A DNA stretch of 64,000 bases from Trichoplax sp. H2 (taxonomy: Eukaryota), in NCBI GenBank assembly GCA_003344405.1, contig NOWV01000257.1, positions 1 to 64,000 of the forward strand, given 5' to 3'. The position numbers and the translations under genes were made by a program. Below are positions 27,887-41,700 of the stretch, piece by piece. The number at the start of each line of letters is the position of its first letter. Position 1 is the stretch's first letter. The notes below the pieces were generated by a model. It had not been told where the DNA came from, searched no databases, and saw only the letters and a program-made list of their open reading frames with translations.

Positions 27887-29840
27887 CCATTGAATTAAAT
27901 TTGTAGTCTTATCCGGAACAAAAAGCGGTATTTTCTGATGAAATTTGTTACTTATAGTTTTAGCTTACGCATACGCTTGATGGTGTTTTCTAACGAATAT
28001 TTGTATATAAAACATGAATCATAATTATATATATATATAAACAACTAATGAATGTTTCATTTATCTGTATAGACTATCTATTAGCTATTTCCTCTCAGAG
28101 TAAATATTAAACAATTTTTACAATCAAGGTATATAATATAATTGTTGCATGTATTGTAAATACTATTATGTAACTGCCTTATAGAAATGTTTAAAATTAA
28201 AATCCAAGATATGAATGTTGTTGTATCGATACTATAAGATATATAAAACATACTAGGTAGAGATGTAAATCTATTATAATTTTCCCTATAAATGTTCTTT
28301 ATCATTAAGCTACTATTATACTAGAAATTTCTTTCTAGTCTTCATTTCATCTTGATTGACCATGGCAAGGAGCACAAGTCGGTTATGGTTTTATTGTAAA
28401 ATATTCATGAAATACTTGATCGCAACCATTACGGAAGGATTGGCAAATAACTGTTGAATTCCTTGCTTGAATTGTAGTTACCCTGCATGAGTATTGCTAG
28501 TTATACTATATTTTCCGGATTGATTTCAATTAGGAAATGATCGATAAACTATTTATTAACAATGCCAATAGAATGCATAATTTAAATCGTCTATGGTTAC
28601 CAAATACTATCTTATCGTACTGTTTTGGCAGTTATATTTATTTAGACTAGAAATTATTAATAGTTAAATTCCTAACTATGTTTAAATTGATCCTTGCTAA
28701 TATCGTGAGTGATCGGTTAATTAAGCCATGAGTATCGTTTTAGTATATCTTACAGATCCAGGTATCAACTTCATTTACTGCATGACTTTTAACAATATCT
28801 AGTAAATGTAATAACTTAAAAACTCTCAGTATCAATATAGTCATTACTGCTTATACTTTATTAGCGATAACGTAATAACTGACCTTTGTAAATCCAATCA
28901 GCAATGAAATAGAGCATGCAAGAATAAACTACAAATAATGAAATATATAGTTATCATAGGGTGATCTTCCCACATTATTACTGACAAATTAAAGTCGATA
29001 GTCGTCCGTTATTTATGACTTAACTTGATTGCTATCTTTTTTAATCCAATTTGCAAATAAGACAATCATGATACAGTATGCTATCAACGTAATCATAATC
29101 AATTTTCATATAAAATTCCGAAATAAATTGTTTAAAGTGAAATGATTCTGCCTACTGATGTAAATTATAGTTAATGCTAGTAGTATGGATTTTATACCGC
29201 TTAGACCGCAATATATCAGACAGCTAACGTTTAGCGTAAAAATTGATAATAATAATTAATCAGAATATATTTAAATAAGAAATTATGTACAAGAACACGT
29301 ATGCATCTAACTCAACATCGACTGCTTTGCTTAATTATTATAACAGTAGCAAATCTAAAATGAAAATTTGATATAAAGCTACAAATAAGATGTAGTCCAT
29401 AACAAATGGAAACGCAAGTACAGTAGTCTTCTGATTTTAGCTGAAACAAATAAATCCTAAATCAGCAATACATTAAGAATATATTTTGCATCACTATAAG
29501 CATTGTATGAATTGAATATTTCGTTAGGAACTTACAAGGTTTGATAATAGCTTATTCTTAAGACAATTAAAGCAAGCAGCTCTCATTTCAGTTATTAGTT
29601 ACCAAATCGAAATAAATATAATAAAGTCATTTAACTACAGGACTAGTGATATACAATTAGACAATGATATCTGTTGAACTTGGAACCTAACCGTAAACAT
29701 ATTCAAATTATATCGCAATTTTTTCTATACTTTTATAAATGTAGATCGTTGCACAGTTAATTGCATTAGAATAAGTACATCAGTCTAATGTTGAATTGTA
29801 ATTACAATGATACACCATAAAGGGTTTCAATATGCATACG

Positions 29841-32800
29841 CTACTTATTTTTAGCATTAACAAAGTCATTAATACCATTCAAATTTGGTGAATACTGAAA
29901 AAACCATAGAAATGCCATGATTAAACCAGCTGGCTTAATTAGACTATCATCGAAAATAAACTCTCTAGCTTCATCTAAGGGTAAATAATAAACATCAATC
30001 ATTTCACCTTCAGCTTCAACACCGCCACCAGAACTAACTATCATATCGTCTGTACATTCTGCGTAAAAGTATGTTTGCTTACAACCCGAAGTGCCAACAC
30101 GACGACCGGAAGTAATCCGATGAATTTTATCTTCAGGGATGAAGTAACCGCATTCTTCGAGAATCTCATCTTGCGCAATTTTAACTAGTGATTTATCTTT
30201 ATCGACAATACCAGAACATAATTCATAAGTAATAGCATTATTAGCTATTTCCATTGGCAATTCACGTCTCGGTTGGGCATCTTTGTCATTTAAAAGCGAT
30301 GGTATCTCGTCTCCATGTAGATATGGAAAGAGGACTAATGGAAATTATCAAGAAAATTGCAATTTCTTAAATAAATGCGTGGCTATTGGGATGATATTGA
30401 AAGGTAAATTGATTACTAACAATTCCTAGGCATGCTACTGATTCTAGAGTATCAATTTATTCAACGTTGCAATATATCATGCTATTATCTTACGAGATAA
30501 CGGTGTCAAAGGGTTAATCATTTTATGGGTTCGGCTGCAGTTTGTTATCAATGACGGTTCCATCATGCATTAATTTATGAGATATTAACATTATACGGTA
30601 ACAAGAATATTATTTAAAGGTGACCATTAAGGTGCTCAATGGCTCATTATCATCATGCTATGCATTACGAGATAGAATGTCTAGTAATTAAAAGTTGATC
30701 ATGTTATTGATGACTGCTACGGTATCACTTTGTTTGTTAATGCAGTGATGATACGGTATTACTTGTGAAATATGAATGTCAATTACAGTAATTAAAACTT
30801 TGTTGATGGCTTGTAATGAATTAATTTGTTTGCTTAATGGCAGAACTATTATAAATATTATACTACCTTGCGGGATTTTACAGTCAAATCGTTGAAATGC
30901 TTAACAATTACAGTCTTGACAACTGCTAATGTATCGAATGGTTCATCAAGACAGCCCTATCATTAACTTAAAACACTAACTTCCATGATATCAATGTCAA
31001 ATAGTTTAAATTTGCTTATTAACGAGCATGATTAATGCGAAGTATCAAGATCAGAGGTTTCAACTAGTAAGTATAATATTAACATGAAGGAATTACCAGG
31101 AACTACTGTAGGTTCTACAGTATCGCTGCAACATCAATGTGTTAAAAACGATCCAGAACTGAATTTTAACTAAGCTGCGCATCCAATATTTAACTTATAA
31201 AGACCGTATTATACATTACCTGGTCTCAATTGTTTCACCAAAATAAAAGCTTGTCTGGTAGTATTCAACAGCAGGATGGATACGCTGACCAGTTTATATT
31301 AAGGTAGTAATCAAGTAAATAGCCATTAGCAATTATCTTCTTATCATTGTATATATAATGACACACAATACGAATACATCTTCGTATAATTTTCAGATCT
31401 ATGTCATGGCTAAGTCATGCTAGCCAAAATTACAACATTTTCAAGCATTCTATTATAACGCTATGCATATAACGAGATAAAAATGTTACTGATTTAGTAA
31501 AGAATCTAATTTGACCTTGTTCTAGTCAAGATCGCATGCAAGTTTAAGAAACAAAAAGTGTTTCTCGATGAAATTTTAAAATAATCTCCTTTTTATCCTA
31601 TAAAGTATAAGGCTTAACTGAGTTAATCTATGATTGTTTCCATATACTGTAATGAAATTTTGGACCCTACCTGTCGTGCATAATGATATAATCCCATTGC
31701 CTTTTCCTTCCGTTCTACAAGAAAAGTATAAAATTATTTATGTAAGTATAAAGACATTCATGGATTCCTGACGGCTATTACCCTAGAATGGATGTGTTAT
31801 GATGAAATATATTGACGCATATAAATGCAAATATTGTGGCATAACAATGGCGGTGTATATCGTCTACAACATATCGCTTAGCCTATCTAGAAGAGGATTA
31901 GCGTTATTTCTCTCTTTACAGCATTTACCAAATTGGATGGCGTAATACACGCGTATACTTTTGACTTCTTGACTTATTCCATAAGCATCAAACTGAGAGC
32001 TCTTAAGGAAAGTTGATGACATGAAAAATAAGGTGGAAAAGCGTGATTGCACGTCGTTCAAATCATTCATTCTACGAGCATCAAAGTGAGAGAGCTCTTC
32101 TCGACAGCTAATTTGACGACATGGAAAATAAGGTGGTAAAAACGTGATTGTACGTCTTGTATGTAGAATTGCTCTACAAAAAACTTTTACCGTATCAAAC
32201 GGAGAACTCTTCTACACAACAAGGAAAGTAGATAACGTGAAAAATAAGATGGAAAAAAGGTGATTCTACGTCCCACAAGTCATTTATTCCGGCCGTATAC
32301 TGTAAAACTGAGAGCGTTGAGTATCTAATTTAACATGCAAGTCATATGCCAAGCGTATGCATGGAGAATTGCTAGACTAAAAAGCTCCACAGGATCAACG
32401 TGAAAACTCTTTTATACAGCAAGGAATGTGGATAAACGTGTACTATAAGATGGAAAACAACATGATTGCATGTCCTACAAGTCATTTATTCCACAAGCAT
32501 CAAATCAAGAGTCCTTGTAAACAGTACAAGTCATGGTTGAGACCTGAGAGTGCAGTGTATATCGACTAGCCAGCTTTTGATTTTTGATGGTGATGCCCAG
32601 GCGGGCGCAAGTACAGTATTCCCAATCAACATCATGGATCTCCTATCCTTTGACACGATTCAAGTCAGGTACGAAATCAAATTAGTTCAGTAAAGTGGAA
32701 GAGAGTGGCACAATATTACTACAGTAAATGGAGCTCTGCTGTAGGCCATTTTTTCGACCATCTCGTACAAGTAATATGTTGGTGGCACCAACATTAGGCG

Positions 32801-33038
32801 TATTTTCGATACTAACCAAATTCATCATCCTCCTCCTCCAGCGTCAATATCCAGAACATCAACAACATCAACGGCTACACAACTAAACGTGACAAGCCTA
32901 TACACAACTTGTTCTCGATTTTCAATTATTTTGGTCATGGAAGCAGTCCTCACTTACTTGTTCAAATGTTAATCTACGTGGTTTAACAAATGCAGAATCG
33001 CCGCAAGGGCCAACGATGACATTTCGAATTTGATTCAT
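29841..33038 (-). CDS. NUDT14: Nudix hydrolase 14 / UDP-glucose pyrophosphatase, 4 exons
   Basis: Exons 33038-32958 (MNQIRNVIVGPCGDSAFVKPRRLTFEQ), 31714-31671 (NGRKRQWDYIIMHDS), 31284-31220 (VSILLLNTTRQAFILVKQLRP) and 30334-29841 (TYELCSGIVDKDKSLVKIAQDEILEECGY Nudix box; GTSGCKQTYFYAE; GGGVEAEGEMIDV). All splice phases are consistent. Confidence 0.92.
31985..32520. repeat. Degenerate ~100-bp tandem repeat (about 5 units) in NUDT14 intron 1
   Basis: Recurrent gcatcaaa..gagagctctt..aaggaaagt.gat.ac.tgaaaaataag.tggaaaa..gtgatt..acgtc near 31985, 32078, 32192 and 32392. Confidence 0.8.
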
Positions 33039-33577
33039 TTTGCCTCTGTCCGAGAATTCTGTTCACTGCAGTCAGGTCCAATTGAACCCCAATTTCGTAC
33101 TTGATTTCAATGGATTACCAGGGTATCACATAAATTGGGTTGTATTGCACCTTGTCCAATGTGTTGGTAGTCGATAAAAATGGAGAATCAATCAAGATTT
33201 TAGCCTAGACTACAGTGGAAAGACAAAATTGAATGAATGGCGAAGCAAATCAGTTTGCTAGACCTCGAGACCTAGTATGCAAGAACGCCAGATGAGGTCG
33301 CCGCGCCTTAATAGTGCCACCCTTCCGCGGTGATTACAACTATAGGCTACAGTATGGCTTGGAAGTGGATCGTGGGGGGGCTGTCTACGCATGTGGGCAG
33401 ACCGGACCAGCAAGCACATGCTGCTTCAACGTCAACCTCTGCTGACCCCTAAAGTTATGTAAGGGCTACTACTGATGTACGCAGTAGCGTCCAGCACTCT
33501 GTATGAAAGATTTTCTCTTCCTCTGTTTTTACACTCAAGTTGACGAAAGTTAGGACAAGCGGCAAGCTGCCATGAAA

Positions 33578-33783
33578 TGGTTCTGTACTGGTACTGTACT
33601 GGTACTGTACCGGTACGGTATTGGTACTGTATTGGTACTGTACTGGTACTGTATTGGTACTGTACTGGTACTGTATTGGTACTGTATTGGTACTGTATTG
33701 GTACTGTATTGGTACTGTATTGGTACTGTATTGGTACTGTACTGAGACAGATCTGGTACCGTGCTGGTACTATACTGGTACTA
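33578..33783. repeat. 11-bp microsatellite (TGGTACTGTAY)n upstream of NUDT14
   Basis: More than a dozen tandem tggtactgtac/tggtactgtat units. These explain the low-complexity ORFs 33577-33902. Confidence 0.95.
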
Positions 33784-35771
33784 CTCTTCCCTCTTTTACA
33801 CCCAAGTTGACGGAAGTCAGGACGTCAGGACAAATGGCTAGACGCAATGAGGTGGTTCTGTACTGGTCCTGTCGCTGTACACTACCTTGGACAACTAAAT
33901 AGCAGTGTTTATGGCCAATTGGTCATGCTATGGCTTTCTTTTTTACTAGAAAATCGGCTGAATTTTGACTAAGGTAGGGAAGAGGCAAAACAGTTGAAAA
34001 TCCAATTTTGTCTGAGGAGGACTGTAACGGGGTGAAAGTGAGTGAATATGGGCATGGACCTGTAGAATCCCTCGATTCGAGAGATCCATGATATAGGTCG
34101 AGTAGTCCCTGCTCTGACCCTTACAATAGACATAATGCACGACTGTAGAAGGAAACTCTCAGACGGACAGACTTTTCGATCAAATGGGTAGAAATTTCGA
34201 AAATTAAGTTACTTCCAGTCAGTATCAAATCTTCTGTGTCAATATTTCGTAATCACTTCTACTCATTCAAGAACATTGATAACGTGAAATATTACTTAAT
34301 TAAGTAAAATAAGACAATTATAGAATCGAGCATCCCCTTATAATGATATTCTAACGAAATAGAAGTGTTACTGGTATACATAAGTAAGGTATAGAAAGTC
34401 GCGCACAACTTCAATGAAATCATCTCTTCTTCACACTAGAGTCGAGGAGTCTATGTATTAAGGCAGATTACTCGTCATCGACCAGTTCTGAACACTTATA
34501 CGAGTATATGAGCGAAGAAGGAAAATCGGAAAATTGACTACGGTTATCATGGTATTGTAACTAACTTGTCGCTCCTGCAATATGTAGAACATCTATTTCT
34601 ATAAAATACAAATATTCCCGGCATACACAACTGTAGGTGATAGAATAAAATAGCAACCCTTTCAAACAACATGATATTTAAATTACGCTTGAGGATGAAA
34701 GGATAGAAAATCGATTGCAATGTGTGCTTGCTCCGCAGTTACTATCAATGAAATAAAAATAAATTTATTGGGTAAAACTGAGAAACCCGTTAGGCCCAAT
34801 ATGACCTGTTACTAACAATACAATCTCGTTAATTACAGCATCATTACTTACAATAATAATACGATAGCATTCACAATTTATTTACTTCATAGTATTTTAT
34901 GGATGTGTAAAATGCTAAATGGTCCGTTATCAATGAATCAATAACATGGATAAAGGAAAAACACAATTCCATTTGTTATATAAAGACAGAGCAACTTTTG
35001 CACTTTAAACTACTGCATGAAGTATACTATCGCTGCGTATTCTATAGATTCAATCCAAGCTTAAATCGTAACTATAGTTAATACGTTATACACAACTAAT
35101 ATCTTGGCGGGAAATATTAACAGAATTGCTTAATTTGTTATATGAGTATTCTAAGCGTATGCTTGCCTAGGAATACCTTCAACCCTAACAATACTAAAAT
35201 TAGATGCAATCTTAGGATACTGTACATAGTACAATCAATTCAATCGCAATTGATTATTTAATTGTACGTTATTTATAGCGCAAGTAGGATACTTAAATCT
35301 ATCAAGATTCTAATGACCATAATGTAAACAGAGCGTAGAAAGTGTAAACTGCAATACAAGAAAAATGATATAAAGTCCGGTACTACGTACGCGTATAGTG
35401 CTGTCAACAAAATGTAACAAAATTCGTTTGTACACAAAGCGGAAAGTATGTCATTCTTAATACCAGAATGGTTTTGATAAATGAAGGTATGCTACTATTC
35501 AAATTATATCATTAACCCACTGGATCTTTGTGGAAAAGCAATTCTATAATTTCCATAATCATAGCTTGTGTACTATTGCAAGCAGTATACAGAAATACAA
35601 TCGGTACTTTAACAATCTGCCTATATACGAGTATATATATATATATATATAGAATAAGTATGTATAAAATATAATTTACCATAGTACAGAGAACTTATTA
35701 TCGAACAAAGCTATTACAGAAACAAAACCTGCATTCATAAATTCCACAAGTTTCAGACGATTAAAGAAATA

Positions 35772-38700
35772 CTACATATTACTCCAATCGATATAAGCGG
35801 CGTGACGTGTATTATGTTCCATATTGCGAACAACTTCTCCAGATACCTCGTGTAATAGCCACATGTTTTGTAATTTGCTATACCGTTCGTCATCCAAGAA
35901 GAGAGGATTACCACGTCTTAACAGCAAAATATTCAGTAACGATAAGTATATAGTAAATACCATACCCAGTCGTACTATTCATTTGATTGATTGACTTAGT
36001 CTAGTAACAATAATGAGTCATTAACAATACCTTAATCCTTCATCAGTTTCGCCATGCTCATCTAAATAAGGCGGTGAGTAAAAACAGCCCCTACGTTGGC
36101 CAAATCTCAGAATGATGCGACATTCCCTCACAAACAACAATATTCCAACTCCGGCGCCGCATTCATAAATATGGCTAGTAATCGACCCAACCTTGTCATC
36201 TCCAAGAGTCCCTTGGCAGCAGTAATTTTGTGCACATACAAGTTTGCCACAAATTAAACACATTGCAGGAGATGAATTCAAACTTGCTTTGGAGTTGCTA
36301 CATCTACAAGTATCAAAAATAATAACATTGAGCAATAAATTACAAGTTATTCAGCATGCTTTAGCTATAATAGAATAGAAAGTTAACCTATAATTGGCTG
36401 TCCCACAGATTAGTTCTCCGTAATTGCGAGGTAAATTGATTAACGTAGAACATGGAGATAATTCTCTATATTAAACATATAATTGTATTTACATCATTAA
36501 ATTGTGATTTCAATAAAGAAATAGTAATAAAGAGACAACTTTCTTTCCTAACCTGATAGGAAGAATTACATTTTTTGTATTACACCATCTGAAAAGTAAT
36601 TTTTTAAAAATACGTAAGCGGCTACTTTTAAAGATAACGTCAAAAGTTTTATTACAAGTTATACACATTACCTTATGACAAGTCCTGATATTTCAGAGTT
36701 AGATAAGTCAAGTAGCGTTGATAATTTTGCCGGAAGATCGAGATACTTTAGCAGATGACTATATTCTTGAGCAGCTACAAATAATAGTTAAAGTTATATT
36801 TTATACTGTCATCTTCCTAGAACATTAAGACCGATACATACCATCGAGATCAAATTTTGGTACTGGTACTGAAGTTATTAGATGAAAAAATAATGAGGCC
36901 ATGCGAAGAAATGGTAAGCATACTTCTTTGACTTTTCTGCATAAGGTAATCGAAGCTGAATATGGAAAGGAGATCGCTCCTTTACTGCATGGATAATAAA
37001 GATACGTGGATTATTTACTACTTTTTTCGATACATAGTTAGGAAAATTGCTAGTCTAAATAAAATAAGCGACTTACCCAGTATGCATCTGTAAGAATTGC
37101 CAATATTGTACTAAAAATGATGAGTCATCGTCACTGCTCTCGTCATTTTCTGAAGAAACTATAATATATAATTTTAAAAGCCTCTATTACATTTTAGTCT
37201 TAAAAAATTTTACAAAAAATAGGCTGATGAACTTAAGAAGTCAAATACAAACAAGAAACCAATTTAACAGTTCAACTTACTAACCATCAATGTCAGTTAT
37301 CGCTAACAGAGATTGAGTAATTTTTAGCATAAATGCAATTTTTAAACAGTAGTGATGCATAACAGGATCTGTACCAAAAGCAACTATTCCAGGGCTATCA
37401 CTCAATGCTTGCAGCGAAAAGATTAAATTTACCTAGTGATAGAACAAGAAACACAAACGATAACATTATCACACATGCAGACATTTCCATGTAACCTTTA
37501 CAAAAAAAAATACGTGCCATTAAATGAAATGGATCCAAATTCAACACAGATGGTACACCTTCAACTTCATAGCCAATAGTAACTGTCAATGTAAAAGTAA
37601 CACGGTCAATGTATTGACTTAACGCTTTTAGTTCTGAATAGTTCATATCATAAATTGAACCCAACATTTTTTGTTGGAGATGATATTTACCACTAAGAAT
37701 ATGGTTGTGTAAAGTTTTCCACGTCTGAAACCTGATCGAATTAACTGACGTATAGGCAACAGCTGCTCTCAACAGTGCAGACATGCTTGAAATCTTAATT
37801 CATATGGATAAATAATTAGTTTTCACTGATATCACAATATTTTACTAGATAAATAGCTTATTATACCTGTCTAGTGGTGAGTCCTTCTTCTACAGATTTT
37901 GATCTAAATGATAAAAAGTTTACTGCAGAGAAAACGAAAATAGTTCAGTGATAAAAGTGCATTACTAGTATAGCTACGTATGTCTATTTCTTCATCGCAT
38001 TGCAAAGATTCATCTAACCTGCGACACCAATGCAATAAGCACATGAACTCCATAGCGCATAAAGTATACGTTCATTATCGGCACATGGTTTAGCAAGCAA
38101 GCCAGACTACAATATAAAGAAAGTTTTTACGTCTTAGCCGTTGGAACTTTCCGCGCCTTGGTAGGACAACTTGTCGATAGATTTTGGAAAGTTATCTTTG
38201 CATACAATAAACGTTATAGTAGTACTCACGGTATAAACTGATTGAGAGAATGCCTTAATTGCCTCGATAGCAGCTTCCGGTAATTCGTACCTGCAATGTC
38301 AATTTAAATGGGATATACATGTTACTATAGCCTTAAAAACAATATCGATACGACGAAATTTACAGTCAGCTTAACAATGTACCTTAACTGATTTAATTCC
38401 GGAGAAGATTTTCGATTTAGAAGGTCCAGCGGAGTAAATAAGGATATTGACGAATCTATCATCGCTAGTAAAATTATGACAATTTAGTAAACTTTTATAG
38501 CTAAAAATTGGTACTTTCGACAATGATATCGCGTATTAAGCAGTTGCAGCAACAAAGAATTACTCACCTGCATTTGATCCTGTATGTCCTCTAATATTTT
38601 GCAGCTCATTTATCGTATGTACACGGAGATCTTCAAGCCATTTCGGATATTCCTTCATGTTGTCATTACTAAATATAGTAACATAAAAAATTAATATTAT

Positions 38701-41700
38701 TAGATGCCTAAGAATGTTCTAAGTACTTTACCATAGCCAGATTCTAGATTTACTTGATGAAGTAGGGTAAGGGAGGTAAAATAGGTATGGCACAATTGCA
38801 TAAGCCCTCGCATAACGGGCATAAATATTCGCCTTTAGTAACATTGATACTAGGTGGAGCTCTTGCGTTAAATCTCCTAATTTGCTGCCTGTCAACTGTT
38901 GCAACAAAATAACTAAAGACGAAAAGATAACAATTTAGAATATAATTGGCGCCAGCAATTTAACTACAATGCGTACTTTTGCCAACAGCTAGAATGCATA
39001 GCGTGCGCACACGAGCCAGTATGTACGCCGATAGCTATTGCTGTATCCGTCCACAGAGGTTTAAATTCTAAAGACATAAAATATATTTTTAAAATATACA
39101 TAAAGTAACATTGAATAGATCACTTAAATGCGATAATTTCGTTTTAAAGTTAATGGAAATACAAAACATTGCATTGCCTACCTATTTTAGTATCATTTTC
39201 TGAACCGAGTTGAGATAAAACTACCGACCTTTTCAATATATATCAACGTTATTGTATATAGTATTTACAATATGAAATAGTTAAGTTAACTTAATTACGG
39301 TATAAAGTTAATAAAAATGTTTTAAAGTCTAGTACTTGGTAATTGCTAACAGTAATAACCTACCTATGCGATAATCCCGTCAAAACCATAGGACGATCAC
39401 TTAATTTTATTTGTTCATCTTCTTGGCAGAGAATACAGGATATCGTCTCAGGCGCGCCGATATGGAAACATGAACGAGAGGCACCAACAGCAATAACTTC
39501 ATCAGTTTCGTTCATTTCCATTAATGTCTCACTATATTAAAAATTGATTATTGTTAAAGAACTGCTCCGAGACGAGTAATATAACTTAACGCATAGACTC
39601 CTCAATTCTAGTGTAAAGAAAAGAAGTGATTTTATTCAAGTTGTTCGCGACTTTATATACTGTATCTATGCATGTCGTAACAGTACGATACCCAACATTG
39701 TACCGTAATCTATTCCATAAAGATGTACACATCATGAAGTTATATTACAATTACAAGGTTTACTGGTACTGCAACTGTATTGCACGTTACTCTACACGCA
39801 TTACAACTACAGACGTAACAATTATTATAAAAGATTATATTATGGTCGACCGTAGAAGTCGCAGCAGCTCCTTGCATGCATCATTATAAGTTCTGTATTA
39901 CAGTAATATTAATAACAATATTGTAAAGAATCTGTATTAAATGTTTGTAGAAAAAGTACTGGAATGATTATATAATTCGATACCTAGATTCAGGATCGGT
40001 GAGAGAGTCAGTTTGTAAAGTACTCAGGATATCAGCATTTCGTGTTAGGAAATTTTTTTGCATAGCAGACATCTGTGCCATGATTTTATTTCGCTGTTGC
40101 GCAGCTAACCGTGCTCTTGCTCTTTTTGCTTCTTCAAATCTATTTTTTCCAGTAGTCTCACTAGTTACATTAGTAACTGAATTAGAACCAGCAGTGAAAG
40201 ATACCAACTTTCGATAAGTCTGTTTTTAATATCGAAAAATTATATCATTTTTATCACTTACGATTTAAGCATGATCACAGCATACAAACATTACAATTAT
40301 CACATTGCTACCAGATAAACGGAATAAAATTTATTTCCGAGGCAAGCATGAAATAAGTTTTTCATAGATCCCACATTCAAAACTACTTACCGATATAATC
40401 CAATTTATTAACTTTGAAAAATCGCTTGCTGACGTTTCATTCTTTAATATATCTATTTTCGATATGATCTCTGAAAGAAGGCCTACAATTGCAACGATAA
40501 TTCGTAACTTTCGCATCGAAACATCGAATAATCAATTACATGATATCCAATATATTAGTGCCGTTACAATAACATCTAATTGTACATACTTAATTCCGAA
40601 TTTAAGTTAATAAATCCTTCTCGATAAGCACTTTCTATTTCTCCAAAATTCATAGCTATCAAGAATAGAGTGGGATGTAATAGAGGATCGATCCAATTCT
40701 TTTGTGAATCCTCACAACAACGAGTTAATATTGTTAGTAGCATTCTACGTAAGAGAGAGGATTGAAGAATTCTATTCAAGCTATAGAAAGGTTTTGTAAG
40801 TTTCGGTAAAGATGGCGGCGATTGATCTACATAGCAAAATATTAGCCATATACATTAACAATATTAGTAACGAAAGATTACTATTATAAGTGATGTCAAG
40901 CATAAAACGTACTGCGATTATCGCTTTCCGTTTTAATTCTTTTTCGTCTTTCCTCTGCCTACAAAAATATTTTCAAATCTAAACTTTACAAATCTTGCGG
41001 CAGGGATCACTGTTAATGAAACTACATAAATTATGGAACTAAAATACCTTAGAATGATCCGAAACAGAGTAATGATAGAAGAAAGGGTTATATTCTTCAT
41101 AATATTCTGGTTTTAATTCGTATACCCCTCTACCAGTTAATCCAGGTTTTCTTTCGGAATTAAAAATACAACCATTTTAAGAGCTACATATATTATACCT
41201 CGAAAAATACAATCAATAGAACCGATCTACCTATAGTTGGCTATAGTAGATAATACTTCATCAATGTCAACTTCTGCGCAATCCTCCTATGAGATTGAAA
41301 ATTAGCAAGGGTTGTGTTAATGAGTAATTTCAATAAAGCAAAATTTTTTCCAATAGTTTAAATTTGTATTATCTTACTTGAGACGTTGATAAAAATTTGG
41401 TAATTTCACTGTGAGCTTTTGGACTGACATAGAGATAATGTAGTATTTCGTGTCTTACGGTATCTGCAGGAGTGACGTCTCCAATGCCTACATGATATCT
41501 CTCACCTTAATAATAGAAAGATAACTTTTAGCTGTTCATCATTTACGTAAGTACTTTTCGACACCTATAATTTTAAGATAACGGAATATTGTACTGTTGC
41601 TTATTCACTCACCTATAACCGCAATTAATAATAATAAAAATTCTCTGGCTAAAGATGATCTAGCAACCCAAATATCCTACGTTGAGAACGTCATAAATTA

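Noticed and set aside
33370..33455. HDV/CPEB3-like ribozyme
   Set aside because: The G-run and a ucaacguc word are suggestive, but P1/P2/P3 pairing could not be built.
33577..33902. ORFs with VLVLYWYCIGT repeats
   Set aside because: Translation of the 11-bp microsatellite.
34010..34164. Hammerhead ribozyme (CUGAGGA...GAAA) or RNase P RNA (GUCUGAG/CUCAGAC P4)
   Set aside because: Stem II and stems I/III cannot be formed properly around the hammerhead core words, and the RNase P CR-I context (GGAARNUCNGNG) is absent.
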